Positions 1 to 8,082 are shown, numbered from the stretch's first letter. The stretch is 32,000 nt of DNA from Candidatus Saccharimonadota bacterium (GCA_001790095.1 MGBH01000001.1:540001-572000), one strand, 5' to 3'. Notes: a model not told the origin generated them from the letters alone. Made by a program: numbers and translations.

Positions 1-394
1 CGAAGGTATATTCCTTATCATAACTGACTCTCTCTACTTTAGATGGAATATCAAACTCTTTAAATTTATTTTCAATAAACGAAGCGGTAAGATTGCTTGT
101 CAAGATGCTTGGACTTCCCAAATCTTTATAGTGGTAGGGAAGTGCGCTTGTGTGATCTTCATGACCATGGGTCACTAAAATTGCACGGATTTTATCCGCT
201 TTTCCTTTTAGATAGGTGATGTCTGGAATAACAAAATCAACACCAAGCTCCTTTTCCATAGGAAACCCTATACCGCAATCAACTATCAGTATGTCTTTTA
301 ATATGTCGTTCTCATACAGTTCATAGACATACATATTTTTTGTGACCCCAACCACACCACCTAAAGGTATAAAACGAAGCTTAAATGTTTCCAT
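1..394 (-). CDS. rnj: Ribonuclease J (MBL-fold / beta-CASP RNase), N-terminal part; CDS continues beyond the window edge
   Basis: Hand translation of the reverse strand from ATG (complement of 392-394): METFKLRFIPLGGVVGVTKNMYVYE...DCGIGFP...VIPDITYL...ILVTHGHEDHTSALPY. It has the HxHxDH metallo-beta-lactamase motif and an RNase J-type N-terminus. It is absent from the ORF track because the window truncates it. Confidence 0.75.
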   Translation of the reverse strand, partial: METFKLRFIPLGGVVGVTKNMYVYELYENDILKDILIVDCGIGFPMEKELGVDFVIPDITYLKGKADKIRAILVTHGHEDHTSALPYHYKDLGSPSILTSNLTASFIENKFKEFDIPSKVERVSYDKEYTF

Positions 395-400
395 ATACAT

Positions 401-439
401 AGTTATAAAGTTATAAAGTTGAAAGTTATAAAGTTTTTT
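401..439. repeat. Tandem AGTTATAA repeats (8-8-7-8 nt) in the rnj / DUF59 divergent spacer, with inverted copies at 458-464 and 472-480
   Basis: Direct reading: agttataa agttataa agttgaa agttataa agttttttt. ctttataac at 472-480 is the exact reverse complement of gttataaag. Confidence 0.6.
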
Positions 440-499
440 TGCTTAAACTTTAAGACATTATAACATTATTACTTTATAACAGTTGATATACTATTAGTA

Positions 500-802
500 A
501 TGAAAATCTCTGAGAAAAAAGCATGGAATGCCCTTGAGGAAGTCATGGATCCTGAGATCCATATCTCTCTTATTGATCTTGGCCTTATTTACAAAATTAC
601 GGTACAAAAAGAAAAGATACATGTATTAATGACTCTTACCACGGTTGGCTGTCCGCTTTTTTCTCTCATTGAAAAAGAAGTAAAAGATAAACTTATTTTT
701 CTTGGTTTTAAGCCAGAAAATATAAAACTTGAGCTTACGTTTGATCCGCCATGGACAATGGAGCGGATCACGGAAAAAGGACGGGCCATGATGGGAATAT
801 AG
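500..802 (+). CDS. DUF59 / MIP18-family Fe-S cluster assembly protein (SufT/PaaD-like)
   Basis: 100-aa ORF. MDPEIHISLIDLGLIY ... TLTTVGCPL matches the DUF59 signature, including the conserved Cys. A TATACT hexamer (487-492) lies 7 nt upstream of the ATG. Confidence 0.8.
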   Translation: MKISEKKAWNALEEVMDPEIHISLIDLGLIYKITVQKEKIHVLMTLTTVGCPLFSLIEKEVKDKLIFLGFKPENIKLELTFDPPWTMERITEKGRAMMGI

Positions 803-826
803 TTGTTAATACTGATTTTAACTTTT

Positions 827-1372
827 ATGCATAAAGGTTCATTCTTAAGCGATACGTTTGAAAAAGCCATTGAGGCAGGACAGTCTATGGCTAAAAGCGG
901 CGGAAAACAATTGAAACAGACATTCAACCCTGCCCAGATGATTGGTAATGCAATTGGAATAGCAAAAGAAGGGGGAGGAACCGACGCGGTTAAGGGGGTT
1001 GAAGGCAGGGGAGCTACGGAAGCTAAGGAGAAAAGGAGTAGTACTGCTCTTGATTTTGAAAAACTACAAAAAAGGTACCAAAATCAGGATAAATCTCAAA
1101 CCGACGCTCTTCGAAATAGGCTTTTTCAACTGGTAAAAAGTGGTGAAGAAAAAGTATACTCTGAAAAGAAACAGATGGAAGCACAGGAAAAAAGAGATGC
1201 GGCTTATCTTGAGCAAGAAAAAAGAAGAAAAGAGGCAGAAAAACAACGTCAAGCACAAACCACAACCGAACCGCAAGGAAAAGAAAAACAAAGTGTTCTT
1301 GCACCAAGAAAAAAGAAAAAAGGAGTTCAACCATCTCCAACAGAGATCAAACCTTCAACCGGAAAACAATAA
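827..1372 (+). CDS. Hypothetical highly charged K/E/Q-rich protein
   Basis: Long open frame. The ORF track starts at TTG 803, but the first ATG is at 827 (MHKGSFLSD...). The C-terminal two thirds are low-complexity charged sequence (EQEKRRKEAEKQRQ..., PRKKKKG). No family recognised. Confidence 0.4.
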   Translation: MHKGSFLSDTFEKAIEAGQSMAKSGGKQLKQTFNPAQMIGNAIGIAKEGGGTDAVKGVEGRGATEAKEKRSSTALDFEKLQKRYQNQDKSQTDALRNRLFQLVKSGEEKVYSEKKQMEAQEKRDAAYLEQEKRRKEAEKQRQAQTTTEPQGKEKQSVLAPRKKKKGVQPSPTEIKPSTGKQ

Positions 1373-1373
1373 G

Positions 1374-2420
1374 TTAGTTGTTTATACAAACTCCATTTTC
1401 ATTATCACCACCCAAACGACATATATATGAGCTGTCGCAATAACTAACATATCTTCCTCCATTGGCAGTTAATGGCACATACTTACCGCAACACATTTCG
1501 TTCAACCCACCGCAAATATCGTCAGTAACTTCAAGACATCTTTCTGTAATAAAATCACAATATAATGTTGTGTTCTCACACCTTCGCCAAGCATTTTCAT
1601 CACAACATTGTGTATTCTTTAATCCACAAGGACCAATTGAACTACTATTTACATTACTAGATGTATAACCGGTGGGTTGAACAGTTGGAGTTTCAGTTGG
1701 ATTTATATTTTCATCTGTTGATGAAGAGCTATTATTATTTGATTCTTTTCTTTTTCTGCAACAATACAAATCAAGACCCGCCATCGTTTTGCTACAACCA
1801 AGTGATTGATCTAAATAGTACTCTTCTCCGCAATTAGACAATTTGGTAGGCTGACAATAATCTTCTGAAGACCCTGTATCTTGACACACTTTGCTACTTG
1901 TATCCTCTATGACATCAACACAACATATATTCACATTTCCTAATCCACATTTGGTTTCACTTGCAACAAATCCTTTTCCGCAGGTTATTTCCCACGCTCT
2001 TTGACAATAGTTTCTAGAATTTAAGACGTCTTTACTCATTTCTTTACACACTTTATCATAGTTTTCTTTTATAACTGTATTTTTGCAGCAATAGTATTTG
2101 ATACCTAAATAATTTTTTATTCTTGACACATATACCTGCGTTTTTTCATTGCACCTACCAAGTTGAGGTATCCCTTCATATCCTTGAGCCGTACAGATGT
2201 TTGATAAGGCACTTGCTTTACTGTTTTGAACGACTTTGGATTTTGCGAGTAGATTCATCGCGTAGACCGTTCCACATAAAATCACCCCGATAAGTGCAAA
2301 AATCACAATCAATTTCTTCTTAATTGGCTTTTTTTTATTAACAGGAGTATTTGAAACGTCATTGTTTATCCCTATAACTGCGTCCTTTTGTAAAGGAATA
2401 TTTTGATGATTTTTATCCAT
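1374..2420 (-). CDS. Cysteine-rich, N-terminally membrane-anchored (signal-anchor) surface protein, no recognised family
   Basis: 348-aa ORF. A KKKPIKKK stretch is followed by a hydrophobic helix (LIVIFALIGVILCGTVYAMNLLA). The ectodomain has 28 Cys including five CC doublets, arranged in repeated C..C..C..C..CC modules, with an S/T/N-rich linker (NNNSSSSTDENINPTETPTVQPTGYTSSNVNSSS). Confidence 0.7.
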   Translation of the reverse strand: MDKNHQNIPLQKDAVIGINNDVSNTPVNKKKPIKKKLIVIFALIGVILCGTVYAMNLLAKSKVVQNSKASALSNICTAQGYEGIPQLGRCNEKTQVYVSRIKNYLGIKYYCCKNTVIKENYDKVCKEMSKDVLNSRNYCQRAWEITCGKGFVASETKCGLGNVNICCVDVIEDTSSKVCQDTGSSEDYCQPTKLSNCGEEYYLDQSLGCSKTMAGLDLYCCRKRKESNNNSSSSTDENINPTETPTVQPTGYTSSNVNSSSIGPCGLKNTQCCDENAWRRCENTTLYCDFITERCLEVTDDICGGLNEMCCGKYVPLTANGGRYVSYCDSSYICRLGGDNENGVCINN

Positions 2421-2543
2421 ATTGAGAAATATCTACTAATTTATATTTAGATTAAATATAACGCACGCAATATTCATTTACAATATAGGTTACTTTTTTT
2501 ATCACACGAGCGCTGATTCTTTATAAAGAAATTTAAAAATAAG

Positions 2544-2617
2544 TCGGGGTAGTGAGACTTGAACTCACGACCTCACGGTCCCGAACCGTGTGTTCTAGCC
2601 ATCTGAACTATACCCCG
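2544..2617 (-). tRNA. tRNA-Pro (anticodon CGG), 74 nt, CCA not encoded
   Basis: The reverse complement folds by hand into a cloverleaf:
- Acceptor stem: CGGGGTA / TACCCCG
- D arm: GTTC-AGATGGCTA-GAAC
- Anticodon arm: CACGG-TTCGGGA-CCGTG, giving anticodon CGG
- Variable loop: AGGTC
- T arm: GTGAG-TTCAAGT-CTCAC
- Discriminator: A. Confidence 0.9.
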
Positions 2618-2680
2618 TGATGAACGATGTTTTATTATACCTTATTTGTGTTTATATACCCTATTTTGTACAATTGATCT

Positions 2681-3457
2681 ATGGATTTCTCACTGCTTAC
2701 CTATAATACCCTTTTAAATGATGCAGTATCTGGACTAAAAACAATATGCTCCTCTCAACGTCCTGACTTCATATGTCTGCAGGAAATCGATACTACAACC
2801 AGTACCTTCCAAAAAGTAGAACGATTAGGATACAAGCTTGCAGACTATTCTAACGCCTTCATTAAATACGGTCATATATATGGCGTTGCTACTTTTTACA
2901 ATCCTCATAAATTTGAATTTCGTGCATCAAAAGTTATCCTCTTACCAAAAGGGCTTTTGGAGATGGTTGGTTATCTGCTTAGGATTTTCAAAACGGGCAA
3001 AAAAACACGTACCGTTCTCAAAACTGAGTTCCTATGCAAAAAAATGAAAAATAAGGTCATCATATATAATATCCATCTCTCAGCCCACGGTACCAACCAC
3101 ATACGACTTAAACAAATTCAAACGACCCTTAATGATGTGGGCTTAATAAAGACTAATAAACCAACCATACTTACAGGAGATTTTAACTATCCATACGGTA
3201 GAAAAGGCCTTGAAGGGCTCATGCATAAATATGACTTTAAGGAAGCCACAAACAAAATACTTTTTACGACCGAAGGAGCCATGGCCCACTATACTTTTTT
3301 TGAGAAAATCCTTGGGAGCATCTTCTTTAGAATTATGCGTCATCGACTAAAGCTTGACTATATTTTCTATAAAAATTGTCAATCGATGTATGCAAAAAAG
3401 GTAAATGTGCAGTATTCAGACCACTATCCGGTCTATGCCATGTTTAAACTCATTTAA
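2681..3457 (+). CDS. Endonuclease/exonuclease/phosphatase (EEP) family protein
   Basis: 258-aa ORF with EEP landmarks: LLTYNTL, DFICLQEID, IYNIHLSAHG, TGDFNYP and a C-terminal SDHYPV. A TACAAT hexamer (2669-2674) lies 6 nt before the ATG. Confidence 0.75.
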   Translation: MDFSLLTYNTLLNDAVSGLKTICSSQRPDFICLQEIDTTTSTFQKVERLGYKLADYSNAFIKYGHIYGVATFYNPHKFEFRASKVILLPKGLLEMVGYLLRIFKTGKKTRTVLKTEFLCKKMKNKVIIYNIHLSAHGTNHIRLKQIQTTLNDVGLIKTNKPTILTGDFNYPYGRKGLEGLMHKYDFKEATNKILFTTEGAMAHYTFFEKILGSIFFRIMRHRLKLDYIFYKNCQSMYAKKVNVQYSDHYPVYAMFKLI

Positions 3458-3478
3458 CCCCTGATATACTTAACTTAT

Positions 3479-4873
3479 ATGAAACTCTACAATACTCTTT
3501 CCGGCAAAATTGAAGAATTCAAACCCATGGCTTCGCCTTTTGTGACTTTTTACTCATGCGGACCGACTGTATATGATTATACCCATATTGGACATATTCG
3601 GACCTTTATTTATAATGATCTTCTCAAACGTGTACTACTACATGATGGCTATAAGGTAAATCACGTTATGAATGTAACCGATGTTGGACACTTGAGCGGA
3701 GATGATGATTCAGGTGTTGACAAGATGGAAAAAGGAGCAAAAAAATATAAAAAAACTGTCTGGGAAGTAGCACAGTTTTACACCGATTTTTTTTTGAAGA
3801 CGATCGACGCAGTCAACATACTGCGTCCAACCACCCTTTGTAAAGCAACAGATCACATAGGAGAGATGATCGATATCATAATAAAACTTCAGGAAAAAAA
3901 ATATACCTATGAGACAGGAGAAGCTATATATTTTGACGTCCTCAAATTCCCCACCTACGGTAAGCTTTCACATCAAAAAATGGAAGAAAAATTAAAGGGA
4001 GCTAGAGAAGAAGTCCATATCGACGCTGAAAAAAAACATCCGGCTGATTTTGCACTTTGGTTCAAAAGAGTTGGTAGATTTGCAAACCATACCATGTACT
4101 GGCCAAGCCCTTGGGGTGATGGTTTTCCTGGATGGCATATTGAGTGTTCTGCCATGAGTATGAAATTCTTGGGAAAGACTATCGACATCCATACGGGCGG
4201 TATCGACCATATTCCAGTACATCATGAAAATGAGATTGCTCAGTCAGAATGCGCAAACGGGGTACCGTTTGTCCATTATTGGATGCATTTTTATTTTTTA
4301 TTGGTAGATGGAAAAAAAATGAGCAAATCTTTAGGAAATTTTTTTACGATCGATGACCTTATAAAAAAGAAGGTCGATCCGCTTGCTTTACGTTATCTTT
4401 TTCTTCAATCACATTACCGCCAAACCATGAACTTTACATGGGGCTCAGTTCAAGCAGCAGGCGAAGCATTAAAAAAACTTAAACAAATAGTGGCTCAGTT
4501 AAAGAACGAAGCCTCAGATAATAATAACAATGATCCACGAGCAGATATATTTGAAAAGAGATTCAATGACGCCATCAATCAAGACCTTCAAACACCTCAA
4601 GCAATAGCTATCATGTGGGAAATACTCAAATCCGATCTTGTTGCACAAGAAAAACTCAAGCTTTTATTTTCCTTTGACGAAGTGTTAGGATTAAAGCTGT
4701 CTGATATAAAAAAATTATCATTTCCAAAAGAGATACTGATTCTTGCCGAAAAAAGAAAACAGGCAAAAGCAAATAAAGATTTTGCTGCCTCAGACACGAT
4801 ACGCAAACAGATTGAAGAAAAAGGATATGTGATTGAGGACAGCAAAGATGGATATACGATCAAGCTTCAATAG
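3479..4873 (+). CDS. cysS: Cysteine--tRNA ligase
   Basis: 464-aa ORF with the class I HIGH region (YTHIGHIRT), KMSKS (GKKMSKSLGNF), and the GFPGWHIECS zinc/cysteine site typical of CysRS. Confidence 0.93.
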   Translation: MKLYNTLSGKIEEFKPMASPFVTFYSCGPTVYDYTHIGHIRTFIYNDLLKRVLLHDGYKVNHVMNVTDVGHLSGDDDSGVDKMEKGAKKYKKTVWEVAQFYTDFFLKTIDAVNILRPTTLCKATDHIGEMIDIIIKLQEKKYTYETGEAIYFDVLKFPTYGKLSHQKMEEKLKGAREEVHIDAEKKHPADFALWFKRVGRFANHTMYWPSPWGDGFPGWHIECSAMSMKFLGKTIDIHTGGIDHIPVHHENEIAQSECANGVPFVHYWMHFYFLLVDGKKMSKSLGNFFTIDDLIKKKVDPLALRYLFLQSHYRQTMNFTWGSVQAAGEALKKLKQIVAQLKNEASDNNNNDPRADIFEKRFNDAINQDLQTPQAIAIMWEILKSDLVAQEKLKLLFSFDEVLGLKLSDIKKLSFPKEILILAEKRKQAKANKDFAASDTIRKQIEEKGYVIEDSKDGYTIKLQ

Positions 4874-6049
4874 CTATCGAGCCAACCTTGAGACACCAAG
4901 TGCCAAGACCGCCATAGCTGCGCCATATAAAAAGGTATATGACGGACCAAAACTACTCCAAAGAACTCCCCCAATAAATGAAGCCATAAACTGACATATA
5001 GCCATACCTGTTTGATAGATACCAAAGTAGGTGCCAGACTCTCTCTCAGTTATAAATTCAGATATATATGCTTTGGACACTCCGTCAGTAAATGCAATAT
5101 AAAGACCATAGACAGGAAATAATATCCATATAAATACCGCGTTTTGAATAAAGCTAAACCCGAAGTATACAAAAGCAAAGACAATAAGACCAATAAAATA
5201 TACTCTCCGTGCTCCTATTTTGTCAGCTAGCTGACCTCCGGGTGTTGAAAAAACAGTCTGTACCACGTTGTAAAGTACATAGGCCAAAACAGTCAACGTG
5301 GTAGTAAGACCAAGTTGTTTTGACCGAAGAATAAGAAAAGAATCTGCGCTGTTACCTAGCGCAAAGATCATGCTTACTAGAAAAAATATTTTTAGTGAAG
5401 GGTTTATCTCTCTCCACGAAATTTTTATATTTTTCTTCTTGTCCAGTTCATGTTTTCCTTTATCGGTTCTTTCTTTTACAAAAAATACAAGAAGGAAGAG
5501 TCCTATGACGGCAGGAATAAATGCGACCATAAAAGTCAATCTCATATTTTCCTTAAATACCGAAAGAAGAACCAGTGCTAAAAGAGGGCCTATAACTGCT
5601 CCAAGAGAATCAACTGCACGATGGAACCCAAATATAAAACCCTTATTCTCTTTTGTCGTATTTTGTAAAAGAAGTGAGTCGCGGGCTGATGTGCGCACTC
5701 CTTTTCCCAGTCTGTCAATAAACCGAGCAAATAAAACAAACGGCCAAACGGTTGCTACAGCTGTTAATAATTTTGATAGCGCTCCAAATCCATACCCCAA
5801 CACAACAAAGATTTTTCGCTTATGTATTTTGTCAGACCAATATCCGCTTATGAGCTTCATTGAAGAAGCGGTAGCTTCAGCTATTCCTTCGATAAGTCCA
5901 ACCACACTCACCGGCGCTCCCAGGACTGTCGTGAGGAAAAGGGGGACAATGGGATAGATCATCTCACTTGCGATATCGTTAAACAAACTTACCAAGCTTA
6001 GTACTAAAACAGTTGGAGGAACTGCCTTTTGTTTTTTTCCTTTTACCAT
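4874..6049 (-). CDS. MFS transporter
   Basis: 391-aa ORF, polytopic and hydrophobic throughout. The N-terminal SLFNDIASEMIYPIVPLFL...GLIEG and the GYWSDKIHKRK loop are MFS-type. TGCTATAAT on the minus strand (complement of 6058-6066) lies 8 nt upstream of the ATG. Confidence 0.8.
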   Translation of the reverse strand: MVKGKKQKAVPPTVLVLSLVSLFNDIASEMIYPIVPLFLTTVLGAPVSVVGLIEGIAEATASSMKLISGYWSDKIHKRKIFVVLGYGFGALSKLLTAVATVWPFVLFARFIDRLGKGVRTSARDSLLLQNTTKENKGFIFGFHRAVDSLGAVIGPLLALVLLSVFKENMRLTFMVAFIPAVIGLFLLVFFVKERTDKGKHELDKKKNIKISWREINPSLKIFFLVSMIFALGNSADSFLILRSKQLGLTTTLTVLAYVLYNVVQTVFSTPGGQLADKIGARRVYFIGLIVFAFVYFGFSFIQNAVFIWILFPVYGLYIAFTDGVSKAYISEFITERESGTYFGIYQTGMAICQFMASFIGGVLWSSFGPSYTFLYGAAMAVLALGVSRLAR

Positions 6050-6057
6050 TAAAAGAT

Positions 6058-6066
6058 ATTATAGCA
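6058..6066 (-). promoter_or_regulatory. Extended -10 (TGcTATAAT) placed 8 nt before the MFS ATG
   Basis: The reverse complement of 6050-6066 reads tgctataatatctttta, followed directly by ATG. Confidence 0.45.
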
Positions 6067-6142
6067 GGCCACCATCTTGTATTTTTCATTTTTTTTATAT
6101 ATAATGCGTATGTATTTATAAAAAAATTATTACACGCACGAT

Positions 6143-6514
6143 TTGAAAAAAACGAAAGGACAGATAGAAGACGCCCTTGGTAAAGCTTTTATCCAGTTTT
6201 ATGTGCAAAAACTAGGCACAGGACCTAAAAACGCCAGAGTGTATATCCTTGAAGACATGATCATCGCCCGACTTACGGGAAGATTGCATCCACTCGAGGA
6301 TTTTTTAATTCATGAAAAAAAAGGAATTGAGCTTGTCAAACATATTAGAAAAGCGTTTCAGGAAGCAACAATAAAAGATTTGAATAAGGTTATTAAAAAG
6401 CATATTGAATGTGAAGTAATAAGTTTTCATAGCGATTCAAGTACTAAGACAGGAGAGCGCTTTGAGATATTTATCGTAGATCGAAACTTAAGCGAGTATT
6501 TTAAAAACAGCTGA
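6143..6514 (+). CDS. DUF2294 family protein (TTG start as in the ORF track)
   Basis: 123-aa ORF. KTKGQIEDALGKAFIQFYVQKLGTGPKNARVYILEDMIIARLTG resembles the DUF2294 N-terminal consensus as I recall it. The start codon is uncertain. Confidence 0.6.
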   Translation: MKKTKGQIEDALGKAFIQFYVQKLGTGPKNARVYILEDMIIARLTGRLHPLEDFLIHEKKGIELVKHIRKAFQEATIKDLNKVIKKHIECEVISFHSDSSTKTGERFEIFIVDRNLSEYFKNS

Positions 6515-6652
6515 AGATCGACCGGATGGAGCAAACTCCAGTTAGTCGATATTCACAGATCGGTATTCAGGCAGTCCTAAAATCAGACCCATGACTTCTC
6601 CAGGGGGGTTGTTGAAAAGAACGCCAGATTGAATATTCCACTGAATTCACGT

Positions 6653-6826
6653 ATGGAAAATCAATTTTGGCGACAATTTGCAACTTATTTTTTCATCATA
6701 AACACACTTTGCGTATTTGTACTAATTGACACATTTATTTTTGGAAAACCTCTTTTAAGTCTATTTATTTTTATATTTGTTGTTTTATTCTACATCAATA
6801 AAAAGCTGTTTTCAAAAAAGCAATAG
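6653..6826 (+). CDS. Possible small two-helix membrane protein
   Basis: From ATG 6653: MENQFWRQFATYFFIINTLCVFVLIDTFIFGKPLLSLFIFIFVVLFYINKKLFSKKQ, with two hydrophobic segments. There is no homology support, and AT-rich sequence can produce such ORFs by chance. Confidence 0.3.
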   Translation: MENQFWRQFATYFFIINTLCVFVLIDTFIFGKPLLSLFIFIFVVLFYINKKLFSKKQ

Positions 6827-6845
6827 TTCTTTTTGACCTACTCCT

Positions 6846-6856
6846 TGTGCTATAAT
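6846..6856 (+). promoter_or_regulatory. Extended -10 (TGTGcTATAAT) 8 nt upstream of the hisS ATG
   Basis: tgtgctataat is followed by caatacat and then ATG at 6865. No Shine-Dalgarno sequence fits in this space. Confidence 0.5.
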
Positions 6857-6864
6857 CAATACAT

Positions 6865-8079
6865 ATGTCTATCATAAAACCACAAACATTAAAGGGCTTT
6901 CGTGACTTTTTACCAAAAGAGGCGGCACAGAGACAATGGCTTAGAAATATTATGTCAAAAGTGTGTGAAACGTGGGGATATGAACCTCTTGAAACACCTA
7001 CACTGGAACCCTTGGAATTGTTTGCAGGGCAGATCGGTGAAGATGAAAAATTATTTTTTAAGTTTAAAGATCAAGGGGGACGCGATGTCGCTTTGCGATA
7101 TGATCAAACAGTACCAACCTGTCGCGTAATCGGTCAATATAATAATCAACTAATTTATCCATTCCGCAGATATCAAATACAACCCACATTTAGAGCTGAA
7201 AAACCACAAAAAGGAAGGTATCGTGAATTCACTCAGTTTGACATTGACATCTTCGGAGTTGCTTCACCAAGCGCAGATGCGGAAGTTATAGCAGTAACAT
7301 TAGATATTTACAAAAAATTGGGTTTCAAAAGAGCAGTTGCACTCATTAATAACCGCGACCTCATGAAAGATGTTCCTTATACCGCTATTGCGTCAATTGA
7401 TAAACTCAAAAAAATTGGTGAAGAAGGTGTCATCGGTGAGATGATGAAAAAAGGAATAGAAAAGGGAAAAGCAGTCTCTTATTTGAAATATGTCCAAAAT
7501 ATTCAACCTGATAAAACTATTCAAATAATATTTGATTACCTGGAATCTTCGGGTTTTTCAAAAGATTGGTATAAGTTTGAACCAACCTTAGCGCGCTCTT
7601 TTTCATATTCTCAAGGTCCCATATGGGAAATCGTTATCCCTGAATATGATGAAAATAGTTCGGTTGGTGGAGGTGAACGTTACGATGCTCTCATTGAAAA
7701 AATAAGCAGACAAAAAGTGGCGGGAACTGGTATCGGAATAGGGTTTGACCGAACACTTGAATCGGCTCTAGCATGTGGTCTTGTTCCTGACTTTAAATCT
7801 ATTTCAAATGTATTAGTGACTGTATTTTCTCAAGAACTATGGAATGAATCAATAAAGATTTCAAATAGTATCCGTAGAAATAACATATCGGTTGAACTTT
7901 ATCCTGATGCACAGATCAGACTCGACAAACAACTTAAATATGCCAATAAGAAAGGAATTCGCTATGTAGTGATAGCCGGTCCTGAGGAGATTAAGTTGAA
8001 TGTAGTAAAACTGAAGGACATGAAAACCGGAGAACAGAAAACAGTAAGGTTAGAAAACATAATAAATCTAAAGTTTTAA
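6865..8079 (+). CDS. hisS: Histidine--tRNA ligase
   Basis: 404-aa ORF with LKGFRDFLP, RYDQTVP, FRAEKPQKGRYREFTQFDIDIFG (class II motif 2) and GGGERYD (motif 3 region). Confidence 0.92.
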   Translation: MSIIKPQTLKGFRDFLPKEAAQRQWLRNIMSKVCETWGYEPLETPTLEPLELFAGQIGEDEKLFFKFKDQGGRDVALRYDQTVPTCRVIGQYNNQLIYPFRRYQIQPTFRAEKPQKGRYREFTQFDIDIFGVASPSADAEVIAVTLDIYKKLGFKRAVALINNRDLMKDVPYTAIASIDKLKKIGEEGVIGEMMKKGIEKGKAVSYLKYVQNIQPDKTIQIIFDYLESSGFSKDWYKFEPTLARSFSYSQGPIWEIVIPEYDENSSVGGGERYDALIEKISRQKVAGTGIGIGFDRTLESALACGLVPDFKSISNVLVTVFSQELWNESIKISNSIRRNNISVELYPDAQIRLDKQLKYANKKGIRYVVIAGPEEIKLNVVKLKDMKTGEQKTVRLENIINLKF

Positions 8080-8082
8080 ACT

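Noticed and set aside
533-560. gtcATGGATCctgaGATCCATatc hairpin with a GTCAT prefix inside the DUF59 gene, superficially like the TGTCAT hairpin family
   Set aside because: It encodes the conserved DUF59 motif EVMDPEIHI. The palindrome is explained by GGATCC/GATC content, and it lacks the family's AT(C/T)CC stem start.
5298-5957. 219-aa ORF antisense to the MFS transporter; likewise 21560-22165 antisense to pyk, 16575-17063 antisense to the gyrA/folD junction, and 12680-13075 antisense to gyrB
   Set aside because: All lie wholly inside strongly supported conserved genes on the other strand and have no recognisable motifs. They are typical shadow ORFs.
6515-6652. Fluoride, preQ1 or guanidine riboswitch upstream of the small membrane ORF
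   Set aside because: I could not find the defining conserved blocks by eye, for example the CUGAUG pseudoknot segment of the crcB motif or ACGR loops. It is retained only as an unclassified structured region.
6827-6864. T-box leaders upstream of hisS (and upstream of cysS at 3458-3478)
   Set aside because: The spacers are 37 and 21 nt, with a -10 element 8 nt from the ATG. There is no room for a ~200-nt T-box.
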